64,000 nt of DNA from Clostridia bacterium (GCA_029060025.1 JAIDUV010000027.1:33862-97861); one strand, 5' to 3'; shown: positions 9,677 through 20,475, counted from the stretch's first letter. Program-made: numbers and translations. The notes: generated by a model not told the origin, from the sequence alone.

Positions 9677-12172
9677 TTATTTAGATTGTTTTGCTTGTTT
9701 TGCTTCTGCTTTGGCTTTTGCTTTTTCGGCTTTTTTCTTTGCCTTGTCTTCTTCGTCTCCGCCTATGTTTTTAAGTACCATACCCACGCCCTTGAAGAAT
9801 TTGCCGTTCATAATCGTCACGACGCCGTCGACCATCTTCATATTGAACATACCTTGGGAGGAGAATGCCAGCGCTCTCATTGGGGAAGTCTTCATTACTT
9901 CGTAAATCATAAGATAGTTGGGATCGTCCTTTTTGGCTTTCATACTCATTCTTATAGCAGGCTTTGCTATCTTGAGCGCAAACCTTGCAAGTCCGCTGGT
10001 ATTTGCCATATCTTCAAAAGAATCGTCTTCGGTGAACTCGCCTTTCTTTGCAATGCGGTAATCTTCTTTGATATTCAGTCTAGCCATTGCCAAGAACTCT
10101 TCCTTGGTAATCTCTTTGTTTGCGTCTGGAGCGCAATACCAAGAATCTGCCGGAGTGGGGATGATTTCGGCGGTATCAGTTGATTTGACGGTTACGCTGT
10201 CTTGAAGACGGATATCTCTGCTTGAAGCGCCTATCATAATCTTAAATTCTCCGCTTTCTACCTGCCAATCTCCTGCATTGACGTTGTAGAAGGCAAAACT
10301 GCGTTTGTCAAGGCTGAACGTAACTCTTTTCTTTTCGCCTGCCTTGAGGAATACCTTTTCAAAGCCTTTAAGTTGTTGGTATGGGGTATATACGCTTGAT
10401 TCTACGTCGTTTACGTAAAGTTGGATTATCTCTTTGCCGTCCATATCTCCCACGTTTTGCACGTCTACTGTAGCCGTCAAAATTTCTTTGTCGGTTATGT
10501 TCTTTGAAGATAGGGTGAGATTGGAATATTCAAACTTTGTGTATGAAAGTCCGTGACCGAATGGGAAGAGTACAGGAGCGTTTGCCGTGTTGAAATATCT
10601 ATATCCCACGTAAAGCCCCTCTCTGTATTCCACGCTGAATCTAGCGCCGGGGAAGTTCTGAGTTGAAGGTACGTCTTCAAGTTTGAGCGCAAATGTCTCT
10701 GCCAGTTTTCCGCAAGGATTTGCTTTGCCGAGCAGGAGATCTACGCAAGCGTCGCCAGACGACTGACCGCCGAGATACATACAAAGCACGCTGCGCACCT
10801 TGTCTATCCAAGGCATTTCCACGCTTGAGCCCATTGTGAGCACTACGTTGACGTTTTTGTTGACTTGAGTAAGTTCTTCGATCAACAAGTCGTGACTTTG
10901 AGGCATATTTATATGCTTTCTGTCAAAGCCTTCTGCTTCATATTTTTCCGGCAAGCCCGCGACTACGAGCACTGTGTCATAATTCTTTGCGAGTTCGACT
11001 GCGTTTTTGCGGAGTTTTGCATTCTTCTTGACTGATTCGTCGGAGAGGTCGTAACCGCTTGTGAATTCATATTCGATACCTGCGTCGCGCAGACTTTGTT
11101 CTACGGTTGAAATCTTGGTGCAGTTGACAAAAGAAGAGCCTGCGCCTTGGAATCTAGGCTCTATTGCAAGTTCGCCGACTAGCAAGATTTTTTGAGCCTG
11201 GAGTGGCAGCGAGCCGTCATTTTTGAGCAATACGGCGCTTTCTTTTGCGATATTCTTCGCAATCTGATAATGTTCTTCTTTGTCGTAAGTTGCGTCTTTT
11301 GGATTTTTTGTCGACTTCATAACGAGATCGAGTATTCTATCTACAGCCGTATCAAGTACGCTCTCGTCAAGCGAGCCGTCTTGCACTGCTTTGACGATAA
11401 GTTTGTCGTTCATTCCGCCGCTTGACGGCATTTCGAGGTCGTGGCCTGCTTTGAGACCTTTCACGCGCTTGTTGGTAGCGCCCCAGTCACTGACGACTAG
11501 TCCTTCAAATCCCCATTCGTCTCTCAAGACTTTGTTAAGCAAAAATTCGTTTTCAGTTGCGTACGTATCGTTGATGAGATTATATGACGCCATAATAGTG
11601 CGCGGTTGAGATTGCTTTACTGCAATTTCAAACGGCAAAAGATAAATTTCTCTAAGCGTTCTCTCGTCGACGACGGAGTTGATAGTCATACGGTAAGTTT
11701 CTTGATTGTTTGCGCAATAGTGCTTGATTGACGTGCCGATATTCTTGCTTTGCACGCCGTCGATAAAACTTGCTGAAAGCATACCCGCAAGATATGGGTC
11801 TTCGGAGAAGTATTCAAAGTTACGTCCGCAAAGAGGGCTTCTCTTGATATTTGTGCCGGGGCCTAGTACCAAAGCCACGTTTTCGGCTACGGCTTCTTCG
11901 CCAATTGCCTGTCCCAGTTGGTTGAGTAGCGCTTTGTCCCAAGACGACGCCGTTGCCGACGCGGTGGGGAAGCATATAGCGTCAACCGATACGTTTAGAC
12001 TTGTTGAGACGCCGCTATCGTCTTGCTTTCTCAATCCGTGAGGTCCGTCGCACATCATTACGGACGGTATACCCAATCTTTCGATTGCTTTTGTGTGCCA
12101 CATATCTTTGCCCGAACATAGACTAGCCTTTTCTTCCAAAGACATTTGGGCAATTAAATCTGCATATTTCAT
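9677..12172 (-). CDS. GH3 beta-glucosidase with Fn3-like domain
   Basis: DGPHGLR, GRNFEYFSEDP, KHYCANNQE, VVSDWG, EAEGFDR, FPFGHGLSYT. Start chosen after GGAG RBS. Confidence 0.93.
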   Translation of the reverse strand: MKYADLIAQMSLEEKASLCSGKDMWHTKAIERLGIPSVMMCDGPHGLRKQDDSGVSTSLNVSVDAICFPTASATASSWDKALLNQLGQAIGEEAVAENVALVLGPGTNIKRSPLCGRNFEYFSEDPYLAGMLSASFIDGVQSKNIGTSIKHYCANNQETYRMTINSVVDERTLREIYLLPFEIAVKQSQPRTIMASYNLINDTYATENEFLLNKVLRDEWGFEGLVVSDWGATNKRVKGLKAGHDLEMPSSGGMNDKLIVKAVQDGSLDESVLDTAVDRILDLVMKSTKNPKDATYDKEEHYQIAKNIAKESAVLLKNDGSLPLQAQKILLVGELAIEPRFQGAGSSFVNCTKISTVEQSLRDAGIEYEFTSGYDLSDESVKKNAKLRKNAVELAKNYDTVLVVAGLPEKYEAEGFDRKHINMPQSHDLLIEELTQVNKNVNVVLTMGSSVEMPWIDKVRSVLCMYLGGQSSGDACVDLLLGKANPCGKLAETFALKLEDVPSTQNFPGARFSVEYREGLYVGYRYFNTANAPVLFPFGHGLSYTKFEYSNLTLSSKNITDKEILTATVDVQNVGDMDGKEIIQLYVNDVESSVYTPYQQLKGFEKVFLKAGEKKRVTFSLDKRSFAFYNVNAGDWQVESGEFKIMIGASSRDIRLQDSVTVKSTDTAEIIPTPADSWYCAPDANKEITKEEFLAMARLNIKEDYRIAKKGEFTEDDSFEDMANTSGLARFALKIAKPAIRMSMKAKKDDPNYLMIYEVMKTSPMRALAFSSQGMFNMKMVDGVVTIMNGKFFKGVGMVLKNIGGDEEDKAKKKAEKAKAKAEAKQAKQSK

Positions 12173-12459
12173 AAAGTTCACTCCCATTGTTATCTAAAAT
12201 AACATTATAATAATATCATATAAAAATAGCAATTTCAATAATTTTTTATAGAAATTTGTTGATTTGACATATAAAAACTATGGTTTTTTAATTTATTTTG
12301 CATTTTTATATTTGAAGCGAAGATTGATTTATGGCAAAAAAATTTTGCAAAGGGAAGTGATTTAGAGTACGAAAAATACGGCATTTCTGCCGTATTCCGT
12401 CATTTTACATACTAGATATAAGTCGACAAGCGTCTTATATCTATACGCTTAAGAGTAAA

Positions 12460-12675
12460 TTACTCGCTCTTGCTTACAGGGGTATGTCCTACGAGTTCGT
12501 CGAGAGACACTTCAAGATAATCTGCAAGAATGCAAAGTCCTTCTATACTTGGTTGGCAAGTGCCGTTCTCATAATGAGAAATGGTACGTTGCGATACGCC
12601 GAGCAATTCTGCAAGGACGGTTTGAGATACTCTTTTGAGTTTTCTGAAGATTCTTAAATTTTTGCTAAAATTCAT
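12460..12675 (-). CDS. XRE-family helix-turn-helix regulator
   Basis: SQTVLAELLGVSQRTISHYENG..QPS...LADYLEVSLDELVG. RBS GAGG. Confidence 0.9.
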   Translation of the reverse strand: MNFSKNLRIFRKLKRVSQTVLAELLGVSQRTISHYENGTCQPSIEGLCILADYLEVSLDELVGHTPVSKSE

Positions 12676-13169
12676 TGTTGACACCTCTCTTTTGTCTTTT
12701 TATGTAGTTATTTTCAAGACGTTTTTGACGCCTTGCATAAACAATATAGCATATTTTTGTGCTGATTTCAAGAGTATTTTAAAATTATTTTGTCACAATT
12801 TGCAAAATTTATAAAAAATTTAGCGTTTTCAGAAAGAATTCGCGTTGGGTGTCTATTACTTGCTCAAAATAATGTTTTTACAATGAGAATTTATAAATTA
12901 TGTTGTTTATATGGCGTTATTTTGCTTTTGTTGCTAAATATCTTAAGCATACTTGGCAAATTTGAATAACTATTCAGTATAGGAGTTTTTGTTATTTAAA
13001 TGTCTTTAGAGACAACTTTGAGAGGAAAGTAGGTAGAAGAGCGGCAATTATAAATAATTGTATTTTGTTCAACGCATAATATTTATATATAAATAATTCT
13101 TAAACAGTTGATATTATAAAAGGTGTTTGTTATAATAAAACAGTACAACCAAGGTTAAAAGGAGTGAAT

Positions 13170-16100
13170 ATGAGAAATAAAATCAACGTGATAGTCTGCA
13201 TAATGATTGTTGCGTGCGTGGCAATATTCGCAGTTGCGTGCGCGCCGAAGGATGCGGACGGATTGATAAAACTCGCTACGCCAAGCAATTTGGCGCTCAA
13301 CGGAAGTGTGTTGAGTTGGGACGAAGTAGAAAATGCCAAAGAGTATTTTATTTCCGTTGACGGCGTGGAGAATGAGCAGAGCGTGAATACTACGACTTGC
13401 GATTTGAGCGCAATGGTCACAGGGTATGGCAATTTTACAATTGCAGTGAGAGCGTACGGTGACGGAAAAAAATACGGCACCAGTGACAAGAGCGCGGCGA
13501 TCGTGTACCACAAAGGCAATGCTTTGGACACGCCTGTCGTGACTATTACTGACAAGGTTGCGTCTTGGAATGCTGTCGATAAGGCTGTAGATTATTCCGT
13601 CAGAGTCACTGGCGAAAAGGGCGCGGTGCTTGACGAAGTCACAAGTGACGCGTTGTCTTATAATTTTGCAGACAAAAAGACTTCTGACAGTGAGGAAGAA
13701 AAAGAACTTTACGGTGACTACGGCGCTTATAGGATAAGCGTAATAGCAAATCCTGCGTCTGACAATATTGAGTATTCGTCTTCTTTGGCAGGTACGGCAA
13801 CTTATTATAATTCGACGGTGTTGTCAGTGCCTAAATTTACAGATATGACGGGCACGACTATAAGATGGGGAGCAGTCTCCAATGCCACCAACTATACCTT
13901 GAGAAAGACTTATGAGGACGGCACTTATGAAGACGCGGTCGTCACTGGTACGAGTTATGCTTATCGTACAAAATTCAATCTTGAGAAGGTTGGCGAATAT
14001 ACTTTCACGATTAGAGCAAACGGTGACAATCAAGTGTATTACACAAGTGATTTCAGCGAAAAGGATAGCGAATACGTCGTCAACAAACTTGCGTCCGTAG
14101 ACGCTAAGGATATGTCGTTGACTTACGATCAAAACGGCAAGGCAACACTTACTTGGAAGATATCTGCAGATTCGCTTGCTACTGAATTTACGCTCAACTT
14201 GAGCGCATTGTTGCCCGACGGAAGCGTCAAGTTGGAAAGCAGTATTTTGCAAAAGACCATTTCCAACAAGATTGTTTTCGTAGTGGCAGACGTATACGAT
14301 TTTTATAAGTATGATACGGACGGAGAAAGCCTTGTAAAGGAAGAGAAGACCATACTCGTATATAATATGAACGGATACGCTAAGGTGCGTTATGACGGCA
14401 AAGATTACTTCCTCAAGGATAAAGAGGACAAGGACGTAATGTGGAAGAATTATGCTCCCAGCGCAAGCGTAGATATAATTTGCGATATGAGCAATCCCGA
14501 CGAAATAAAGTTTGTCAATGAGCGCAAGGAGTACACTAATCCGGAAGACGGCGCAATTTTGAGCCAAAAGACTGGAGAAACCCAAGACGTATTAGGCACA
14601 GACGGAAAACAACTTTTCTATTATGAAAAAGTCGACGGCGAGACGGAGATTGAAGTAAAACAGGACGTTGAGTACGATGCCGACGGCGTAACCGTCAAGT
14701 ATCATACTTTTGAGATTATGCTCGACGATATATTCATCAAGAAGAACAGCGAAGAGGGCGAAGACCCATACGAATATTTGATAAGTGACAATGCTTATTA
14801 CGGCTTGCTTTACGACGTGTCGATATCTGCGGACAATACTTCCAAGAATTTTGTGGTAAGTCAAAGCGTGTCGACAGACGGACAGTATATGAGTTATAAG
14901 ATACCGAAAAAGGAAAACGGTAAATTCGTTGTGACCAACACCGGTGAGTACGCTTACATTATACTCAATTCATTTATCAATCCTAATAATACTGACGAGT
15001 TTTCTATTGAAGACAATATCAACTTCAACGGATATGAGATAGCGCAAATTGAGACATTCAGTGGCGTTATCAACGGCAATAAGCATACAGTTTCGGGTAT
15101 CGTCATTGGCAACAAAGTGATGACGCAAAACGGCGTAATGAAGAACGACAGTTCAGGTGATCTTGAGTATTCTATGTTTGTCAATATTGACGGCAACGGA
15201 AATTCAAACAAAGGTATTATCCAGAATATATTCTACGTTGGTATGAGTTTTGTAGGGTATGACAAAGAAGACCTTGGCGAGAGTGTGACGTCTATAAAAG
15301 TTGCGCCTATTGCTATCAACAATAAGGGCACTATCCGCGATGCGCTTGTGCAAAGTGACTCCATCAAGGCAGAGGGCGCTCAAGTTGCAGGTATGGTAAT
15401 CAACAACTACGGATATATCAACACGGCTTCTGTATACGCTCAACTTGAGGGTATGACCGTAGGCGGTGTAATGATCAACAACGCAGAAAATACTCTTGTG
15501 GCATTCGTAGGCTTCTATGGCAAGGTTACGGCTACGCTTTCGGATATTCTGACTGACGGTGTGACTAGCGTAGGCGGAGCAGGATTTGCAGTCAACAACG
15601 ACGGCTCTATTGCAGACAGTTTTTCGATTGGAGACGTAAGCGTCACGGCGGCAGGACTTGACAGCGTGTACGCAGGCGGATTTGTTGCTGTCAACAACGG
15701 TAATATCGGACAGTCGTACAGCGGAGAATTTACTCTCAACAATCCTGACGTCAACACCGTGGTAGCCAACGGTGACAATGCGTATGCAGGCGGTTTCGTA
15801 GGACTAAATACTGGTGAAATCAGATCAAGTTATTCAACCAACAAGGCTACGGCAAGTATGTACTCCGGCGGATTTGTAGGCTTCAACGACGCGACCGTAA
15901 TAAGTTGTTATTCCACGGGCGGTACGACGCGTACCGGTGAGAACAAAGGCTCGTTCGTAGGTAAAAACAATGGAAATATTGACAAGAGCGTATGTTATTC
16001 TACAGACAGTTGGGCAGAAGACAGCGTCGTAGAAGTGTTGAAATCAAGCGAAAAACTTGGTGATATTATCAATATACTTTACGGAGAGGACGAGGCTGTA

Positions 16101-16373
16101 ATGGTGCTTTTGCGAGAGCAAGGATACCGCAACCCGCTTATCAAAGGACTTATCTATTTGGTAAGGAATAGCAACGATACTAGCGAGGATAGAAATATTG
16201 TAACAATGCGTCCTTCGCAGACCGTTGACACGCAAGGCGTAGCGTTCAATCGCGAAGTCAAAGACGTGGAATCTACCTTGCACGGTGATAATACTAAGAA
16301 AGGTAACAGAATAGTTATCGAACTCAGTTGCGACAACCTTCCGTCAAGATACGTTTACGGATACGTCAATTAA
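13170..16373 (+). CDS. Large surface lipoprotein with Fn3-like repeats and a C-terminal GLUG-motif/beta-helix region
   Basis: Lipobox FAVAC; LxTPxxL...W..V..A..Y repeats; AGGFVxxNxGxIxxSYS repeats. Confidence 0.75.
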   Translation: MRNKINVIVCIMIVACVAIFAVACAPKDADGLIKLATPSNLALNGSVLSWDEVENAKEYFISVDGVENEQSVNTTTCDLSAMVTGYGNFTIAVRAYGDGKKYGTSDKSAAIVYHKGNALDTPVVTITDKVASWNAVDKAVDYSVRVTGEKGAVLDEVTSDALSYNFADKKTSDSEEEKELYGDYGAYRISVIANPASDNIEYSSSLAGTATYYNSTVLSVPKFTDMTGTTIRWGAVSNATNYTLRKTYEDGTYEDAVVTGTSYAYRTKFNLEKVGEYTFTIRANGDNQVYYTSDFSEKDSEYVVNKLASVDAKDMSLTYDQNGKATLTWKISADSLATEFTLNLSALLPDGSVKLESSILQKTISNKIVFVVADVYDFYKYDTDGESLVKEEKTILVYNMNGYAKVRYDGKDYFLKDKEDKDVMWKNYAPSASVDIICDMSNPDEIKFVNERKEYTNPEDGAILSQKTGETQDVLGTDGKQLFYYEKVDGETEIEVKQDVEYDADGVTVKYHTFEIMLDDIFIKKNSEEGEDPYEYLISDNAYYGLLYDVSISADNTSKNFVVSQSVSTDGQYMSYKIPKKENGKFVVTNTGEYAYIILNSFINPNNTDEFSIEDNINFNGYEIAQIETFSGVINGNKHTVSGIVIGNKVMTQNGVMKNDSSGDLEYSMFVNIDGNGNSNKGIIQNIFYVGMSFVGYDKEDLGESVTSIKVAPIAINNKGTIRDALVQSDSIKAEGAQVAGMVINNYGYINTASVYAQLEGMTVGGVMINNAENTLVAFVGFYGKVTATLSDILTDGVTSVGGAGFAVNNDGSIADSFSIGDVSVTAAGLDSVYAGGFVAVNNGNIGQSYSGEFTLNNPDVNTVVANGDNAYAGGFVGLNTGEIRSSYSTNKATASMYSGGFVGFNDATVISCYSTGGTTRTGENKGSFVGKNNGNIDKSVCYSTDSWAEDSVVEVLKSSEKLGDIINILYGEDEAVMVLLREQGYRNPLIKGLIYLVRNSNDTSEDRNIVTMRPSQTVDTQGVAFNREVKDVESTLHGDNTKKGNRIVIELSCDNLPSRYVYGYVN

Positions 16374-16450
16374 GTTTACGGCAACAAGTACGATGACGCT
16401 TGCCAAAAAACTATCTTGACATAAAATTCGTAATTTTAGTATATGTCTAT

Positions 16451-16483
16451 CTCCCTTCTCGTCCAACGAGAGGGGAGTTTTTT
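16451..16483 (+). terminator. Intrinsic terminator
   Basis: ctcccttctcg...cgagaggggag followed by a T run. Confidence 0.75.
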
Positions 16484-16555
16484 AATGCAGTTGCTCTATT
16501 GATTTATATTGTATAATATGTTATTATTTATATATTAAGGAATATGGGAGGCATT

Positions 16556-18118
16556 ATGAACGACCAAGAGAGAATCGAAAAATACGTGTCTATTGTGCCA
16601 AATATGAGGCAGAAGGCTATTCAAAGGAAACGATTCAACGTATTTTTCCACTATGGTACCAATACTTTTTCTGCAAAAGAATGGGGTGACGGCAAGGCTG
16701 ATCCTCAACTTTTCAATCCAACTGAGCAAGACACCGACCAATGGGTGCAAACTGTCAAGGAGGCGGGCGCATACGGAGTTATACTAACTTGTAAGCATCA
16801 CGACGGCTTTTGTCTTTGGCAGACCAAGACGACGGATTACAGCGTTGCGCAATCTCCTTACAAGGGAGGCAAAGGCGACATAGTCAAAGAGGTGTCTGAC
16901 AGTTGCAGAAAATACGGAATTAAGTTTGGAATATACCTCTCTCCGTGGGATAGAAATCACGAGGCGTACGGTACTGACAGATACAATGACGTATATTGTC
17001 AACAACTTGAAGAACTTTTGACAGGATACGGCGAGGTATTCTGCGTATGGTTGGACGGCGCTTGCGGATCTTATATGGACGGTAAGCCTAAGCAAGTGTA
17101 TGACTGGGATAGATACTTTTCGACGATTAGCAGACTTGCTCCAAATGCGTGTATTTCCAATTGCGGACCTGACGTGCGTTGGGTGGGCAATGAAGGCGGT
17201 TTTGCAAGAGAGAGCGAGTGGAATGTGGTTCCTAAGTTTGCTTTTGACATTCAATCTATAGAGGCAACGTCACAGCAGAGTGACGACAGCAATTTTGCCA
17301 AAAAGGAAGCGGATATCATATCTCCTGACTTGGGAAGCAGAGACTTTTTGAAGAACTTTGACAATTTTATATGGTATCCTGCCGAAGTCGACGTGTCTAT
17401 AAGACCTGGCTGGTTTTATCACAAATCGCAAGACAAAGCCGTGCGCAGTCTTAAAAATCTGTTGAAGATATACTATAATTCTGTGGGAGGCAACTCTATT
17501 TTGCTTCTCAATGTACCGCCGGATAGACGAGGGTTGCTTCACGAAACAGACGTCAAGAGACTTCAAGAACTTGGCAAGCATATCCAAGAGAGTGAGCGTC
17601 AACTGTTGAAAATAAAATCGGCGTCTGCTCCTGTTGCGGAAGAAGGATGCGACATACAGGGGGCGCTGGAGTATTCTTTTGACGAGACGACCTTAGACCC
17701 GATAAATTATTATACTCCTAAAAAAGAGCAGGATAATTACGAGATAGAACTCGTCTTAGAGCAACCTGCAAAAATCAACAGAGTTAAGTTGATAGAAAAC
17801 GTGGCTTTTTCTCAACGCATAGAGACTTTTGAAATATATGCTTTTGTCAATGGTAAATACAAGAAAGTATATGACGGAACTACGGTGGGATATTGCAGAA
17901 TTGCTACATTCAAGGCAGTGACGGCAGAAAAAATAAAAATCGTGTTGACAAGCGTACGTAAAAAACCGTACATAGAGTTTATAGGCATTTATTCCGACAA
18001 TGGCGTACTTATCAAGGAGACTTTGCGTCAAAGATTTGTCAAATGGTTGCACCATATAAATTATATAATTTATATAAATAGAGAAAACAAAAAGAAAAAG
18101 AAGAAAGATACTCAATAA
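16556..18118 (+). CDS. GH29 alpha-L-fucosidase with C-terminal F5/8-like domain
   Basis: FFHYG.NTF, LTCKHHDGFCLW, YLSPWDR, VWLDGA, RWVGNEGG, EVDVSIRPGWF, LLNVPPD. Confidence 0.93.
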   Translation: MNDQERIEKYVSIVPNMRQKAIQRKRFNVFFHYGTNTFSAKEWGDGKADPQLFNPTEQDTDQWVQTVKEAGAYGVILTCKHHDGFCLWQTKTTDYSVAQSPYKGGKGDIVKEVSDSCRKYGIKFGIYLSPWDRNHEAYGTDRYNDVYCQQLEELLTGYGEVFCVWLDGACGSYMDGKPKQVYDWDRYFSTISRLAPNACISNCGPDVRWVGNEGGFARESEWNVVPKFAFDIQSIEATSQQSDDSNFAKKEADIISPDLGSRDFLKNFDNFIWYPAEVDVSIRPGWFYHKSQDKAVRSLKNLLKIYYNSVGGNSILLLNVPPDRRGLLHETDVKRLQELGKHIQESERQLLKIKSASAPVAEEGCDIQGALEYSFDETTLDPINYYTPKKEQDNYEIELVLEQPAKINRVKLIENVAFSQRIETFEIYAFVNGKYKKVYDGTTVGYCRIATFKAVTAEKIKIVLTSVRKKPYIEFIGIYSDNGVLIKETLRQRFVKWLHHINYIIYINRENKKKKKKDTQ

Positions 18119-18167
18119 TTAAAATGATTTTAACAAAAAATATAGATAAATTTGACATAAATTGGTA

Positions 18168-18196
18168 TTGACAAGATTATATTTATCAATTATAAT
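18168..18196 (+). promoter_or_regulatory. Consensus sigma-A promoter (TTGACA-17-TATAAT) driving the candidate sRNA
   Basis: TTGACA at 18168-18173 and TATAAT at 18191-18196. Confidence 0.85.
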
Positions 18197-18202
18197 ATAA
18201 GT

Positions 18203-18280
18203 GTAGATGTTTAGTAGTGTAAAACGTTTACTTTCTCCTTGTGTAAGATACGGACTGTAAAAGCAGTTCGTATCTTTTTT
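18203..18280 (+). ncRNA. Candidate ~78-nt small RNA with anti-SD motif CUUUCUCCUU
   Basis: Perfect promoter, no RBS-backed ORF, and terminator aagatacggactg/cagttcgtatctt + T run. Confidence 0.6.
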
Positions 18281-18346
18281 ATTTATTTTATTTTTCGCAG
18301 CGGTTAATTTAGTTATAAATTTAAATCATAAGTGTCGTCAATTTGG

Positions 18347-18397
18347 TTGACTTTATATTTTTAATTGAATATAATATAGAAAGTCCGAAATCGGACT
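18347..18397 (+). promoter_or_regulatory. marR promoter and palindromic operator AGTCCGA-aa-TCGGACT
   Basis: TTGACT-17-TATAAT at 18347-18375. Inverted repeat at 18382-18397 lies over the predicted TSS. Confidence 0.7.
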
Positions 18398-18409
18398 AAC
18401 GGAGAACTT

Positions 18410-18859
18410 ATGCGATTTGAAGAATTTATAAAGTTGTACAACGAAATATATAAAGCCGGCAACAGAATATATCACGCCTTTGCGCGCAAATGCGGTTTGT
18501 CAGACAGCGCGCTTTTAATAATGTATGAGTTGAGAATGGAAGGGCAGCAAGGCATTACGCAAAGAGATTTGGGATTAGCGCTTTCGCTGAGTAAGCAGAC
18601 TGTCAATTCATCGACAAAGTCATTGTCGTATATGGGGCTAGTAGAACTAAAAGACGGCAAAGGAGACAAAAGAGAAAAAACAGTGATATTGACAGCCAAG
18701 GGCGAAAATTTTTGCATAGAGAAAATTGACAGAATTATCAAAGCGGAAGAAAGAGCCTTTTGCAGACTTACAATGGAAGAAGCGCAGGCTTTGATGTCCG
18801 CAGAAAAAAAGTATTATGAGTATTTTCTTGAAGAATCAAAGAAAGCAATGGATATTTGA
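18410..18859 (+). CDS. MarR-family transcriptional regulator
   Basis: ITQRDL...LSKQTVNS, DKREKTVILTAKG winged helix. Confidence 0.9.
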   Translation: MRFEEFIKLYNEIYKAGNRIYHAFARKCGLSDSALLIMYELRMEGQQGITQRDLGLALSLSKQTVNSSTKSLSYMGLVELKDGKGDKREKTVILTAKGENFCIEKIDRIIKAEERAFCRLTMEEAQALMSAEKKYYEYFLEESKKAMDI

Positions 18860-18862
18860 GTT

Positions 18863-20269
18863 ATGAAAGAAGCAATACAATTGTCAGATAAATTCAATTT
18901 AAAGAAGATAATAAGATTTACGTTGCCGTCAGTGATTATGATGGTGGTAATGTCAATATATAGCGTCGTCGACGGTCTGTTTGTGTCCAATCTCGTTGGA
19001 GACTTAGCGCTTTCTGCCGTCAACGTGGTTATGCCTTTGGTAATGATAATAGGCGCCGTCGGACTTATGTTGGGTTCTGGCGGAAGCGCACTTGTTGCAA
19101 AGACTTTGGGCGAGGGAGACAGAACTAAGGCAAATAAGTATTTTTCAATGATAGTGTTTTCCGTGATTGGTATCGGTATTATTCTTTCCACCGTATGTCT
19201 GATATTTTTAAGGAAAATTCTCACGCTTATGGGCGGAAGTCCCTTGATAATAGAGGACTGTATGTCATACGGCTACGTTATGGTAGGCGGAAGCGTATTG
19301 TTTATGCTGCAATGTATGTTTCAGAGTTTTTTTCCTGTCGCAGAAAAAGCCAAGTTGGGACTTATACTTTCAATCAGCGCCGGCGTTGCTAATATGGCGC
19401 TTGACTATATATTCATTAAATTTGCCAAGTTGGGAATATTAGGCGCAGGACTTGCCACCGTAATTGGATTTGCTATAGGCGGAGGCGTCGCGTTGGCATA
19501 TTTTATCTTTTCTAAAAAGAGTATAATAAGGATTAGGGGATGCGGATTTTATCCCAAGCAATTCGGATACGCTTGCTACAACGGCGCTTCGGAGTTTATG
19601 TCCAACGTGTCCGCGTCGTTTGTAGGTATACTTTACAATATCCAACTTCTCAAGTTGGTTGGTGAGCGAGGCATAGCGGCATATTCTGCAATGATGTATA
19701 CCGACTTCGTATTCTTGGCGGTATTCTTTGGCTTTACTATGGGTATAGCGCCGGTGATAAGTTATAATTTCGGAGCAAATAATTATGCCGAAATGAAAAA
19801 CGTATTCAAGAAGAGTACTGCGCTCATAGTAATTGGATCTGTTGTTGCTATGATTTTGGCGGAGGCGTTGAGTTATCCTTTGGCGTATGCTTTTGTGGGC
19901 TACGACAAAGAACTTTTGCAAATGACAGTAAGAGGCTTTAGAATATTTGCCGTATGTTACGTATTTTGCGGCATCAATATTTGGTGTTCTGGATTTTTCA
20001 CGGCGCTTTGCAATGGCGGAGTATCAGCGTTTATATCCTTTTTGCGTTCGCTTCTGCTGAGAGGAAGCGCGGTAATGCTGTTGCCGTTGATTTGGGGACT
20101 TGACGGAATATGGTCGGCAGTTATTGTTGCAGAAGGCTTGACCGCTGTCGTGTCGGTACTGCTATTCGTGATATTCCGCAAACGCTATAGATACGGCAAA
20201 GAAACAAACCTATCTGACGTCAACGCGCAGAAGAGCGTAGATACGCAGTTGACAAACAAGCAAGAATAA
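18863..20269 (+). CDS. MATE-family efflux transporter
   Basis: SIYSVVDGLFVSNLVG, N.ALDYIFI, GAGLAT, PVISYNFGA; about 12 TMs. Confidence 0.93.
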   Translation: MKEAIQLSDKFNLKKIIRFTLPSVIMMVVMSIYSVVDGLFVSNLVGDLALSAVNVVMPLVMIIGAVGLMLGSGGSALVAKTLGEGDRTKANKYFSMIVFSVIGIGIILSTVCLIFLRKILTLMGGSPLIIEDCMSYGYVMVGGSVLFMLQCMFQSFFPVAEKAKLGLILSISAGVANMALDYIFIKFAKLGILGAGLATVIGFAIGGGVALAYFIFSKKSIIRIRGCGFYPKQFGYACYNGASEFMSNVSASFVGILYNIQLLKLVGERGIAAYSAMMYTDFVFLAVFFGFTMGIAPVISYNFGANNYAEMKNVFKKSTALIVIGSVVAMILAEALSYPLAYAFVGYDKELLQMTVRGFRIFAVCYVFCGINIWCSGFFTALCNGGVSAFISFLRSLLLRGSAVMLLPLIWGLDGIWSAVIVAEGLTAVVSVLLFVIFRKRYRYGKETNLSDVNAQKSVDTQLTNKQE

Positions 20270-20303
20270 TTTGTTATTTTTAAATTAGCGTCATTGAATT
20301 TGA

Positions 20304-20332
20304 TTGACAAACTATGCGAAATTAACTATAAT
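20304..20332 (+). promoter_or_regulatory. Sigma-A promoter of tRNA-Arg
   Basis: TTGACA-17-TATAAT. Confidence 0.85.
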
Positions 20333-20352
20333 GTCAAATGTAGCGTCGATAT

Positions 20353-20429
20353 GCACTCATAGCTCAATTGGATAGAGCGTTCGGCTACGGACCGAAAGGT
20401 TGGGAGTTCGAGTCTCTTTGGGTGCACCA
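20353..20429 (+). tRNA. tRNA-Arg (ACG)
   Basis: GCACTCATAGCTCAATTGGATAGAGCGTTCGGCTACGGACCGAAAGGTTGGGAGTTCGAGTCTCTTTGGGTGCACCA; anticodon ACG, encoded CCA. Confidence 0.97.
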
Positions 20430-20475
20430 AACACAACCTAATTCGAACTATTGAATTAGGTTGTGTTTATTTTTT
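20430..20475 (+). terminator. Terminator after tRNA-Arg
   Basis: acacaacctaattc...gaattaggttgtgt followed by T-rich tail. Confidence 0.8.
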
